From Leucoraja ocellata (Eukaryota): DNA of 62,669 nucleotides. Positions 26,746 through 38,879 of this stretch are shown piece after piece. The notes below the pieces were generated by a model. That model was given only the letters and a program-made list of their open reading frames with translations, made no database searches and was not told where the DNA came from. A program made the position numbers and the translations under genes. The first letter of the stretch is position 1. Every line of letters starts with the position of its first letter. The stretch covers positions 1-62,669 of the forward strand of contig JAWMAR010004017.1 in assembly GCA_036785375.1 (NCBI GenBank), written 5' to 3'.

Positions 26746-27636
26746 CGGNNNNNNNNNNNNNNNNNNNNNNNNNNNNNNNNNNNNNNNNNNNNNNNNNNNN
26801 NNNNNNNNNNNNNNNNNNNNNNNNNNNNNNNNNNNNNNNNNNNNNNNNNNNNNNNNNNNNNNNNNNNNNNNNNNNNNNNNNNNNNNNNNNNNNNNNNNNN
26901 NNNNNNNNNNNNNNNNNNNNNNNNNNNNNNNNNNNNNNNNNNNNNNNNNNNNNNNNNNNNNNNNNNNNNNNNNNNNNNNNNNNNNNNNNNNNNNNNNNNN
27001 NNNNNNNNNNNNNNNNNNNNNNNNNNNNNNNNNNNNNNNNNNNNNNNNNNNNNNNNNNNNNNNNNNNNNNNNNNNNNNNNNNNNNNNNNNNNNNNNNNNN
27101 NNNNNNNNNAGCAAGCGGACATTCCAGTCACTCGAAGCCGCTGAAGAGTGTTCTCCCGACGTCTGAGTTCCATCTGTGGAGGCCTCAAATAGGGTTGACT
27201 ACGGGTTGAACAAGAGGAAAAGGACTGGACTTAGATGCCTTCCCTCACAGTGGGAACCATTGTGGGTGATGTGTTTATGTGTTATGTTAAATTCTTCTTT
27301 AAAGTGGTGTCCTACGTTTCTTGGTTTGCTGCAAATGGCGACTCAAATGTCACTACATCAGAAATTGTGTATGTGACAATAAATGTCCTTTGTCCTTGTT
27401 GTATTCTATTTTTTTTAATAAACGCAATACCAGGGTTACTGAGCTTACATCTTCTATTAATAGCTTCGATCAAGAATGTTCATCCGATCCTTCTCCAGAA
27501 CTGTTTAAGAGGCGTTTTAATCTTCAGGTGGAGTTTAATCTTATTTAGAAACATAGAAGCATAGAAATTAGGTGCAGGAGTAGGCCATTCGGCCCTTCGA
27601 GCCTGCACCGCCATTCAATATGATCATGGCTGATCA

Positions 27637-30600
27637 GAAGTGCTGAGCGACTGTTGTTACAAACTCGTGGTACTCATTATGAACATGGTGATAAAGCAAA
27701 TCGATTACTAGCACGCCAATTAAAACGCCAGTTCACCTCACGTCTTATAACATAAATTAATAATGTTTCTAACACGACTGATACAGATCCTGTGGAAATT
27801 AATGCCACATTGGAATATTTTATTCTTCCCTACACAAATCAGAATTCCCTGCTGATACTACCAAAATGAATCAGTACCTGGCCAATCTTGAGAATCCTAC
27901 CATTGATTCTGACCGTGCAAAATAATTGGGTGCTGAACGTTTCCTTGAAGAACTATGTTTTGCAATTACAGCAATGCAATCTAACAGGTCGTGATGGATT
28001 TCCAATCTAGTTCCTGATAAATTGGCACCTCTACTTTTGTTGATGTTCAATGAATCTTTGGGAAATGGTTTGCCACCTCCCACACTGACTCAAGCTTCGA
28101 TAATTATTATTTTAAAGAAAGATAAAGACCCCACGGCCCGTGGTTCTTGTAGATCTCTGTGTTTACTGAATGCTGATGTAAAAGTCGTGGCCAAAATTAT
28201 TGCTCTCCGTCTAGAATGGGTTTTCTCTAGTATTATTTCTTAGGAACAGAATGGCTTTGTTAAGGGACGCCATTTATTTTTCCACACTCGTACACTTTCA
28301 AATATTATTAATTCAACACATTCAAGATGCAAGGTACAAGATACATTTATTTGTCTCATGTACCAATTGGCACAGTGAAATGTGTGGTCGCCATACAGCC
28401 ATACGAATAATATAGAGTTTAAGAAGGAACTGCAAATGCTGTAAAATAGAAGGCAGACAAAAATGCTGGAAAAACTCAGCGGGTGCAGCAGCATCTATGG
28501 AGCGAAGGAAATAGGCAACGTTTTGGGCCGAACCTCTTCTTCAGACTGATGGGGAGGAGAGGGGGAGGGAGGGGGCGGGGAGGCGAAAGGAAAAATGAGG
28601 AGGAGGAGCCGGAGTGCTGAGGGAGAGATAGGATGGGGAGGAGACAGCAAGGGCTAACAAAAGTGGGAGAATTCAATGTTCATGCCCCCAGGATGCGGAC
28701 TCCCCAAGCGGAATATGAGGCGCTGTTCCTCCAATTTCCGGTGGTGCTCGCTCTGACCATGGAGGAGAGCACAGAACACGATAGTCTTTAACACAGACAT
28801 CCCCACAGAGCGGGATCAAGGTATCCCATTGTGAGGGAAGGCTTCTGATAATTTACCTGAGATTGTAATCGCATTAGCTGCTGAGAAGGCGTTCAATAGG
28901 GTTGAGTGGGTGTACCTATTCGCGGTATTGAAGACATTTGGTTTTGGAGATAAATGTATCAGTTGCGTAAGTTTATTCTATGCATCGCCACAAGCTAGTG
29001 TTCAAACAAATGATATTCATTCTGAATAATTTGCACTAGAACGTGGCACACGTCAGGGCTGCCCTTTATCTCAATCTCTCTTCGCTTTAGCTATTGAACC
29101 ACTGGCCATTTCTTGAAGGCCCTCCACGTCCTATAAATGTGTTGTTCGTAACGTTGTCGAATATCGTTTATCTCTGCATGTGGACGATTTGTGCTGTATG
29201 GAACTGATCCTGCATCTTGTCTTCCGGATATTTTATCAATTCTGGATATTGTTCGTTCTTTTTCAGGAATATAAACTAAATCTTCACAAGAGTGAATGTT
29301 ACTCCATTAACGCAGCAGGTTTGCAACTTCCGGAAGCTGATTCGCCATTTAAAATCTCTCGTTCTGGATTCAAGTACATTCTCAGGTCTTTTGTCATCCA
29401 ACTTTTCCCTGCTCATGACTAAAGTGAAATCTGATTTTCAGAGATGGAATAATCCGCCTCTCTCTTTAAATCGGAAGAATAATATTGTTAAAATGAATGT
29501 TTTGCCTAAATGTCTTCATGTAAATTTGTTTCAACCAATTCCCTTGTTCTTACCAAAACATATCTTTGACTCCTTAGACAAAATGATTAGCTCTTTTATT
29601 TGAGGTGTGATGCCCCCGACGGTCCGTAAATCATTACTCCAACGATATAAGTTCATTGGCAGTATTCCTTTACCGAACTTTCAATTCTACTACTGCGCTA
29701 CACACATTCATAAAATACGATGTTGGGTTGATTTTCCATATTTAGCTTGGTGCGAACTGGAAGCCCGCTCTTGCCCTCCTTCACCCTCTATATATGCTCT
29801 CATATATCCCTCTCTTCCAACCAAGATTTCATTGTTTATCAAAAATCATGTTGTGCTTAATACTTTAAAGATTTGGTATCAATTCAGGAAACATTTCAAA
29901 TTTGTAGTTGCATCTGTAGCTGCATCTCATTTAGGTGCATTATTTAATGCCTCCGTCCAACTTAGGGAACCTGAACGGAAACCTCTGCAGACTTTCCGTG
30001 CGGTTCCCGGAGGTTGCAGGTGGTTGCCGGAGGTTACAGGTAGTGGAAGCAGGTAGGGAGACTGACAAAAATCTCCGGGAACCGCACGGAAACATTGGGT
30101 GGGGCGCAAAGTCTCCGAGTGTCTCCGTTCAGGTTTCCTAAGTGGGACAGGGACATTACAATTACCTGTTTCCTCGATCACATTTGGATTCCGTTTTTTC
30201 GGTATGGCATAACAAAAGCATACTATGTTTTGGTTTTCAGATGGTATTATTAACAGCGTTACCAATTTATCATCTTTGTATGGATTACCAGAAAATCATT
30301 TTTTTAGGCACTTCCCAGTTAGACACTTTGTTTCTAAATGTATATCTAATTTTCCCTCTTCACTTCCACGACAAATATGGGATAGTTTGTTTACTTTCAA
30401 GCCACAAGAAAGAGGGATTGTTTCAGAGATGTATAACCGCATTCTGGATCTTTGCGATCAGTCCAACTCTAAAACAAGGGCTGTTTGGTCTTAAGAACTG
30501 GGACTCCAACTTACTGAGGAGTGGTGGGATAACGTTGTGGGTGGGCTTGTGTACTGTTACGTCTTGCGCTCGTCTCGCACTCATTCAGTTTAAGGTGATA

Positions 30601-31070
30601 CACGGGGTCCATTTTTCTAAATCAAGACTGTCTGGGATTTATCCAGAGATGGGGGATAAATGTGCCAGATGTTCGGGCCCACACTGTCATCTGAGCCATT
30701 TGTTTTTCATTTGTCCACGGTTACATAATTTTTGGATCGGCTACTTTAATACAATGTCTCCTGTAATGGGAATACCTCTACAGCCCTGTCCATTGATTGC
30801 AATATTCGGGGCCCCGGATGAGTCAGGTCGATTAAACTCTGTGCAAAAATAATATATTAATTTTACTTCTTTTGTAGCCAGACGTCGCCTACTCCTAGAG
30901 TGGAAATCTCCTAACCCACCCTCTATTTCACAGTGGCTCCAAGATGTGCTGTTTTCCCTTAAACTTGAAAACAGTAAATATAAATTGAGGTGATGTATTG
31001 ATAATTATTCTCACAAATGGCAACCTTTTTTTTAATCATACTTTATAGACATGCAGGTTCTGCCAGGCTG
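27637..31070 (+). mobile_element. Decayed L1-clade LINE ORF2 with nested Penelope (28420-28770) and MITE (29947-30156)
   Basis: YEHGDKANRLLARQL, KKDKDP, RGTRQGCPLS, degenerate YADD (HVDD), KMNVLPK and C-terminal CxxC..H..C knuckle; many stops. Confidence 0.85.
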
Positions 31071-31429
31071 AGGGCTGGTTTGTTAAATTTGGTTATGTGT
31101 AGGTGCACTCTTCATTCGTTTAAAAATATATATATATTTATTAGAAGCAAACATATTATAAAGTATATTTACTTATTATAGTAAAAAAAAAACTTTTCAT
31201 ATACATCAATCATACATTATTAAAATTTTCAATTATCGATTAATTCTGCTTCTGGTGTTTTTTTATATAGATAGAAACAGAGAAAATAGAGTTACAAATA
31301 TCAAAACACAGTAAAGGTGTAACGAATTACTTCTAATACGTCATTGGAGATAGGTTCGTAGTTTATAAGCACTCTTCATTCTTAATTAGCATGGTGGGAT
31401 GGGTGGGGTGTGTGACTGTTTGCATTATA

Positions 31430-31765
31430 ACCATATAACCATATAACAATTACAGCACGGAAACAGGCCATCTCGGCCCTACAAGTCCGTGCCGAACAAT
31501 TATTTTCCCTTAGTCCCACCTGCCTCCACTCATAACATAACCCTCCGTTCCCTTCTCATCCATATGTCTATCCAATTTATTTTTAAATTATACCAACGAA
31601 CCTGCCTCCACCACTTCCACTGGAAGCTCATTCCACCCCGCTACCACTCTCTGAGTAAAGAAATCCCCCCTCATGTTACCCCTAAACGTCTGTCCCTTAA
31701 TTCCGAAGTCATGTCCTCTTGTTTGAGGCTTCCCTATTCTCAAAGGGAAAAGCTTGTCCACATAA
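31430..31765 (-). mobile_element. CR1 LINE 3' end, (TATATGGT)n family
   Basis: Reverse complement of the 13510-13953 type. Confidence 0.8.
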
Positions 31766-31994
31766 ACATTATATATAATTTTATTTTTTTAACCATTTTT
31801 TAAATTTATTTCTATGTATTTTATGTTTCTGTTTATTTTTGTATTTTTCTTGTGTGTATTATTTGAGTGTTCCTTATTAACGTGTCTTTTTTCATTTTTG
31901 TGTTGATTTATTAAACATTAAAAATGTAAACATTAAAAAACACACAAAAACAACCGGCGCCATCTGAGCCGGCAGCAGCTGTAAACAGGAGAAA

Positions 31995-32033
31995 CGTTTT
32001 TGTGTGGGGACCGCCGCGGTTTCTCTCAGTGTG
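31995..32033 (-). other. 23-RSS of V1
   Basis: CACACTG + 23 nt + ACAAAAACG. Confidence 0.9.
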
Positions 32034-32451
32034 CGTATATGTCGCGCAGTAATACACCGCCGTGTCGGCGGGTTCGATGCCCTCGATGATGAACTGGCCG
32101 CGCTTGTCAGCAGGTGTGAAATCTAATTTAAAACGACCATTCATCTCTCTCCCAGCCGCTCTTCGACTGATTAACCTTTCTAGTCGTTGTCCACGTTTCT
32201 GTCGGTACCACTGCATGGCATAAATGTATTTCTCGTAGGTACAATTGATCCGAGTCGACTCTCCATTCTGGACAATAATGGCGGGCGGAATCTGCCATAC
32301 CCCGTCCGAAAGACAACGACCTGAGGGAAATACATAAAATGCCGTCGCGTAAGATTGTATAAGTAAATATGCGACCGTGTATTATTTGTGAGCAGCTCTG
32401 GCACTTACGTATCAGCAACGCGAGGAAGATGGAAAATAGATTCTGCTGCAT
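32034..32451 (-). CDS. TCR alpha/delta V segment V1 (leader 32409-32451, V exon 32034-32320), apparently functional
   Basis: Leader MQQNLFSIFLALLI C|gtaagt; acceptor ttccctcag; DGVWQIPPAIIVQNGESTRINC...MQWYRQ...DTAVYYCATYT; followed by RSS. Confidence 0.9.
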
Positions 32452-32879
32452 TGAGGAAAACATCTAGAGAATTGTGTTCAGAAGCAAATGACGCACCCTC
32501 GCTTCAGAGAACACCTACTGAATGAAGGTCGCCGATGACAGGAAACAGCTGTGGAAGTGTATATCACGTGGGGTTCACATCTTTGTACCGGAAGAAGAAA
32601 GGAGGAGGCGGAGAGTGGGCTGTGGGAGAGCCGGGAAACATAGAAACATAGAATACGGGATATAGAAGAGACCCTGCTGAGAGCCGCATCCATAGTGGAA
32701 GAGTGGAACCCCAGGTACACAAACCTCGCAAGAAGGTCCTGCTCACTTATGGTGCGTAACCGGAACCCCACCTTTCGATAAAACTGACTGGGCTAGGCAT
32801 GCTGAGCTCCTATCAGCGAAGTGGCCCATCACGGTGGAGCAACTGATGGAGAATGGCCACAGCGCTAGAAACACAGCGC

Positions 32880-33365
32880 TAAAACAGGAAGGCAGATTAG
32901 TATCTGAATGCTGCCATGTTAGGAAAATGGGAAGTACAACGTGATCTGGATGTCCTTATTCGTCAGTCAATTAAAGTAACCATACAGGCACAGCAGGTAG
33001 AGAATAACACGATTGGCGTGTTGACGTGCAAAACAAGATTAGTTCAGTATTGGGGCAATGAGGTCCTACAGTTATACCGAGGCCTAGAGCGACCACACCT
33101 GGAGTATTGTGCGCAGTTTTCGTCTCCAAATTTGAGGAAGGACATTCTTGCTATTGAGGGAGTGCAGCGTAGGTTAACCAGGTTCATTCCCGGGACGGTG
33201 GGAGTGTCATATGTTGAAGGAATGGAGCGACTGGGCTTGTTAACCGTGGAATTCAGAAGAACGAGAGGGGATCTTATTGACACATATACGCTTATTAGGG
33301 GATTGGATACGGTGGAGGCAGGAAAGATGATACCGATGTTGTTGGGGGGAGTCCAAAACCAGGAG
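32880..33365 (+). mobile_element. Old CR1 LINE fragment
   Basis: RPHLEYCAQF, RGDLIDTY. Confidence 0.8.
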
Positions 33366-34149
33366 CCATATTTCAAGAAGAAACCTTGGGTGGGGCGCAA
33401 AGTCTCCAGAGATATTCGTTCAGGTTTCCTAAGTGGGACAGGGGCATTAAGCCACTTGGGGTTCTTATGGACGACACTGTTTCCTGCGATATCATTCTGT
33501 CTGCGCACCGGCAAGTTGACTAGCCATTGCTATTTCGAGAAGGGACGGCTGCGTGTGAAAACGGGAATATAGGGAAATCGGGATCAATGGAGGATTAGTG
33601 TAGCTTACTGGTTGCAGGTCAGTACGCACTCACTTGACAAATGTACTCGTTTCCGTGGTGCAACTTTCAGTCCTTCTTCGACCTGGAAGCCTTACTGGAG
33701 AGAAATCATGGACCAAATACTTTATCGGATTATCAGATATTTAGACAGAAGGAATATCGATCGTGTCCGTGCGTTTTTGCGCCCTCATTATATTAGTCGT
33801 GTGAAGCTAAAGGCGACTCATTGGCAAGCACGAAAGAAAGACGAATGGTTCTTAACACAACACTAAGGATGACGGCACTGAAATCCTCACTCCGGTCCGA
33901 TAATCAACTGCTCACCTCCACCTTTTGACTCTTAAACCAATTTAGTAAGCGCACCCCCGCGTCTTTTTACACCGAACAATGTTTAGTTTCGCTAGTAGAT
34001 TTGCCTTTCATCCGAAATCCTTATTGTAGTCCACACCATCTTCTTAATTTGTGCTTAAAGTTATCATATGATTTACATTAGACAATGTCTGGCTGAAGAA
34101 GCGTCTCACCCGAAACGTCACCCACTCATTCTCTCCAGAGAAGATGCTG

Positions 34150-34480
34150 GTCACGCTGGCGCAGTGGTAGAGTTTCCGCCTTACATCGAATGCAGCGCCG
34201 GAAACCCGGGTTCGATTCCGACTACGGATGCTGCCTGTACGGAGTATGTATGTTCGCCCCGTGACCTACGTGGATTTTCTCCGATATCTTCGGTTACCTC
34301 CACACTCTAGAGGCGCACAGGTTTGTTGGTTACTTGGCTTGGTGAATGTTAATATTGTCGCTATTGGGTGTAGGATAGTGTTAATATGTTAATATGCAGG
34401 AATCGCTGGTCGGCGCGGACCAGTTGGGCCGAAGGGCCTTTTTCCGCTCTGTATCTACAAACTAAACGAAATTAAACTAT
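34150..34480 (+). mobile_element. tRNA-derived V-SINE (HE1-like)
   Basis: A-box TGGCGCAGTGG, B-box GGTTCGATTCC, V-domain, CR1-like 3' tail. Confidence 0.75.
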
Positions 34481-35130
34481 GATACTATCTGTCCCACTGA
34501 GTTATCCCTGCTTTATGTGTCTATCTTCGGTTTAAACCGGCAGCCGTGCTTCCCTCTGACATATATGATTTGCATGTATACATTAAACTCCAACTGTGAC
34601 AATTAGACCTGGAGCGGGGCCGTACATCGCCCGGCGCGGCCTAAAATGGCCGGGGGACTTACCATCGCCCACCAGGGGCTTCAACATCGGGAGAAAAATG
34701 GAGAGCAGGGGAGATAACTTACTTTGCCTTCCATCACAGTGAGGAGGAGGTTCACTCTGATGGATGTTTGTATGAATTAATTTGGTTGTGTGTCGAGTAG
34801 GAATCGTTTTTGTTTGTATGGCTGCAGAAACAGTTTCGTTTGAGCCTCACTGATGTTCAAATGACAATGAATATTATATTGTATTGTATTGTATTGTATT
34901 GTATATCCAAAACGTCTTCAAACGCGGTTATGATCGCTCCAAGAATTGTCTAGTCCATTAATTCGGATCAGCGTTAACAACAGCGAGAATCTATTTGTTC
35001 GGAAAATAGTGACTAACGACACTGATGATCCATGGCAACCGTCGCCCCAGGGACGGCCGCCTGGCATAAATAGATGGGGCGATGTGCTTGCTTCAGAGTG
35101 CAAGCGATCAGCACTGCGTTCACACGGAAA

Positions 35131-35200
35131 ATGCACGCGCCTGGGAACGGCCCGGTCTTTGCAGTTTACTACTCCGCCCTTGCAGCGTTCGGTGTCCCAG
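35131..35200 (+). CDS. GPCR gene C, exon 1 (MHAPGNGPVFAVYYSALAAFGVP)
   Basis: 70-bp ATG exon ending CCA G|gtaacg, phase 1, in frame with exon 2. Confidence 0.9.
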
Positions 35201-35519
35201 GTAACGTGTGGATATTGAGGACGATCAGTCCAAAGCAGCTCATTTAATATTGTGTTAATTATATTTTCAGCCACCTTACTCTGCTTGGCATGGCTATTGT
35301 ACACCTCCCAACGTTGTGCCTCCGCGGTGATCCCTTAATGACTTGATATGTAATCGATATCTAACACAAAGACGACGATGCCACAATAATGCTCCAAATA
35401 TCATTGTTTGAATATTTACCCCTTTCACGTTATTTTATGTGCTCCACGTCTACTAAAAACGGTCGATGTTCTCGAGTAGCCATGGACATATTTTAACTGT
35501 TAATTAACTATTTACAGAT

Positions 35520-36150
35520 CTCTTTAGAAGGGCAGCCAGGGTAACCGTCGAGGAAGAACTGAAGGTACTGTCGTGTTTGAAGGTAGACAAATCACCGGGG
35601 CCTGATCAGATAAATCCGAGGACATTGCGAGGAACTAGAGAGGAAATTGCGGGAGCCCTGGTTGAAATTTATAAATCGTTCTTAAATACAGGACTGGTTC
35701 CAGAGGATTGGAGGGTGGCAAATGTTATGCTTCTTTTCAAGAAGGGCTGCTAGGAAAATGTTGGGAACTATAGGCCGGTGAGCTGAGCGTCTGTAGTTGG
35801 TAAGTTACTGGAGAGTATTCCGAGCGATATGATATACAGGCAATTGGATGGGCAAGGGCTGATTCGGGACCGCGAGCATAGATTTGTACGCGGGAGTTCC
35901 TGTCTAGCAAATCTGATTGAGCTTTTTGAAGACGTGAGCAAAAAGGAAGATGACGGCAGAAGTGTGGTTGTCGTGTACAAGGACTTTCGACAAAGGTGCC
36001 GCGTCGTAGGCTGCTCTGGGAGGTTAGATCTCATGGGATCCAAGGAGAGATAGCTGAATGGATCGCAAATTGGCTCCGTGGTTGCACCTCTAGAAGGGCT
36101 CCCTGAGTTAGTGTCCCGCGTTGCCACTTTTAATATATGCATCCATCATT
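35520..36150 (+). mobile_element. Old CR1 LINE RT fragment (gene C intron)
   Basis: PEDWRVANV, GSSCLANLIELFE. Confidence 0.75.
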
Positions 36151-37087
36151 GCGTTTCGCAATGGCATGTAATAAATAAATATCGAACCATAAATACAAAG
36201 ATATTAAACTAATACCCGACACTAACATTACTTATCCTTAATTGTATATGCGTGCTTGCCTTTCCGGTTCCCATTCCCCAGGTCTTTCCTGATCGAAGAC
36301 ATTTTGTATTAATTATATTTCATTGTAGATATTCAGCCCCATAATGCTACCGCTGATGTTCTGCAATAATTGGCTACCGTGATAATGCATTTCAGTTCTT
36401 ATCATCGCGTGGCAGTAAAGGTCGAAGGCAGTGAGACAGAAAAATAACTATTTTCCCAGCTATAGTATGAGAGTGAAGGTTCTTGTCTCGTATACAATTG
36501 CATCGAGCATTGAGCTCAATAATTCATTGCCTTTCGTGTTTCCATATTTCTGTATTTGCTGAGTACTGAGCGATCTGTCATTTCTTTAGCCGAAATGTAG
36601 CACTGGGGTTTTCCGCTTGGCTTTGGTTAAATGATTTCATGGATACAGTGCATGTTTCATGTTCTTTCAACGTATCCATTCATCACTCTTCCGCATAACT
36701 ATGCATAGAAAATGCGGTCGAATTTTCAACATTTATTACATTTATTGCAAAGCCTGCTGTCCCTCCACGAGAATGCACGTCACTGCAATTAATCACGCGA
36801 TCTCCTGCGATCTGCTGCGCTCTTTCAGATCATTCGCTTCACAATAGCATTGATGTGCATTGAGCCGCCTCGGGTCGTGTCCATCAGTCTGAAGAAGGGT
36901 TTCGGCCCGAAACGTTGCCTATTTCCTTCGCTCCTGGATGCTGGTGCACCCGCTGAGTTTCTCCAGCATTTCTGTGTACTTTCTTGTCGTTTAACTGCTA
37001 CCATGGGTGGTTTTATAAGCTTCTGTAACTTCACTTGATGTCAATTCGCAGACAATTAAAACTCTCACCATGTTTATTGCCAATATT

Positions 37088-37231
37088 AGACACAAAATGC
37101 TGGAGTAACTCAGCGGGACAGACAGCATATCTGGAATTCCTCTCCTGAGACGCTGCCTGTCCCGCAGAGTTACTCCAGCATTTTGTGTCTTCCTTCGGTT
37201 TAAATCAGCATCTGCGGTTCCTTCCTGCACA
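37088..37231. mobile_element. Palindromic Penelope-terminus insertion with 14-bp TSD
   Basis: Inverted CACAAAATGCTGGAGTAACTC...GAGTTACTCCAGCATTTTGTG; TTATTGCCAATATT at 37074-37087 and 37232-37245. Confidence 0.7.
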
Positions 37232-37417
37232 TTATTGCCAATATTGTTCGTTTTGAAATTCCACGACTTAATTTTCTTTTATGCCTTATTTCTTTCTCTC
37301 TGTTATTTAAGTGGAATTTTAAAGTTTAGATTGATCTGCAATGATCTGCGAAATGTAACAAATGTCCGTCGTTAAACTGATGTGTTTCAATCGCTGTTGG
37401 AACAGTGAAAGATATAT

Positions 37418-37640
37418 GCCCCTGTCCCACTTATCAAACCTGAACGGAAACCGCTGGATACTTTGCGACCCACCCAAGGTTTCCGTGCGGTTCCCGGAGG
37501 TTGCAGGTGGTTGCCGGAGGTTGCAGGTGGTGGAAGCAGGTAGGGAGACTGACAAAAACCTCCGTTAACCGCACGGAAACCTTGGGTGGGGCGCAAAGTC
37601 TCCAGAGGTTTCCGTTCAGGTTTCCTAAGTGGGACAGGGA
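37418..37640. mobile_element. Palindromic MITE (CCTGTCCCACTT...AAGTGGGACAGG)
   Basis: Long TIRs; other copies at 29947-30156 and a partial one at 33380-33450, flanked by TTAA/TAA. Confidence 0.75.
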
Positions 37641-37741
37641 GCAATATTACGAATGCATCGTCGCCATCCAAACATGTTGATGTAACAGGCAAACGCTATT
37701 TTCGTTACTGGATTTTCTATCTCTCCATCTCTCTCACACAG

Positions 37742-38709
37742 CGAATGCGTTGACCATTGTGATCCTGGCGCAAGGAAGATGCGGCCTCGCCAAGTGTATC
37801 ACCCGCTACCTCGTGTTCATGGCGGTGGCGGATCTCCTCGTCATTATCACGGCAGTGATACTGAGTCGGCTACGTGCTATTTATTTCCCTGTCAGTTTTT
37901 TGTCCACCATTCCCGCCTGCAAACTTATTATTCTCCTCAGCTGGGCATCCAAGGACACGTCAGTTTGGTTGACCGTCGCCTTCACCTTCGATCGATTCAT
38001 CGCCATTTGCTGTCACCGACGCAAGCTCAGATATTGCACGGAGAAAAACGCGGCTGCCGTTATTGGAGCTGTCTGTGCGGCGGGTTGTTTAAAGAACGTC
38101 CCTTCTTATTTCATATACGTGCCAGTGTACGTGGTCGATAACGTGCCCTGGTTCTGCACGATAAACCAAATGTACTACTCTTCCATTGCATGGAGGGTTT
38201 ATGACTGGCTGCACCGGATGTTAAACCCATGTGTCCCTTTCCTTCTCATTTTTCTACTCAATGTTCTGACCATCAGATACATCCTAAAGGCGAATGAAGC
38301 CCGCAAGAGGCTCCGTGCCCAGAGCAATGGAGACAGACAGAATGACACGGAGATGGAGAACAGGAGGAAGTCTATCATTTTACTCATGGCGATATCGGGT
38401 AGTTTTCTCCTGTTGCGATTGACGTATGTCGTGAATTTTCTATTTGTGCAATTGACCAGCAATAACTATGCCAGCGGCTCCAATTCCGCTGATCCAAAGT
38501 TTATCCTACAGGAAAGCGGATACATGCTGGAGCTTCTCAGTTCTTGCACCAACTCGTGCATTTACGCGGGGACTCAGATTAAGTTCAGAAGACAGTTGAA
38601 GGGCGTTGTTCAATTCCCATTCAAACTAATTAAAACATGGTTCAAAACTTACGCATTACCGATAGTTTCTGTCTTATTTCCACCACTGAAAATTATAAAG
38701 TTGATATGA
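37742..38709 (+). CDS. GPR139/GPR142-like class A GPCR, gene C, exon 2 (spliced product 345 aa)
   Basis: Acceptor ctctctcacacag|CG AAT GCG; FTFDRF, NPCVPF, SSCTNSCIY; roughly 70% identical to gene A by eye. Confidence 0.92.
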
Positions 38710-38879
38710 TTTTGAAATAGGTGAGTGTCAGTGATGTCTAGTTTCTGTCCTTATCAGCCTCAAGTCAAGTCAAGTCAAGTCAAGTCAAGTGTATTTGTCA
38801 CATACACATGCAAGATGTGCAAGTTCTCTTTGAGTCGCTGCGCAGGAAAAAAACATAGTTAAGACCAATGTTTGACCCT

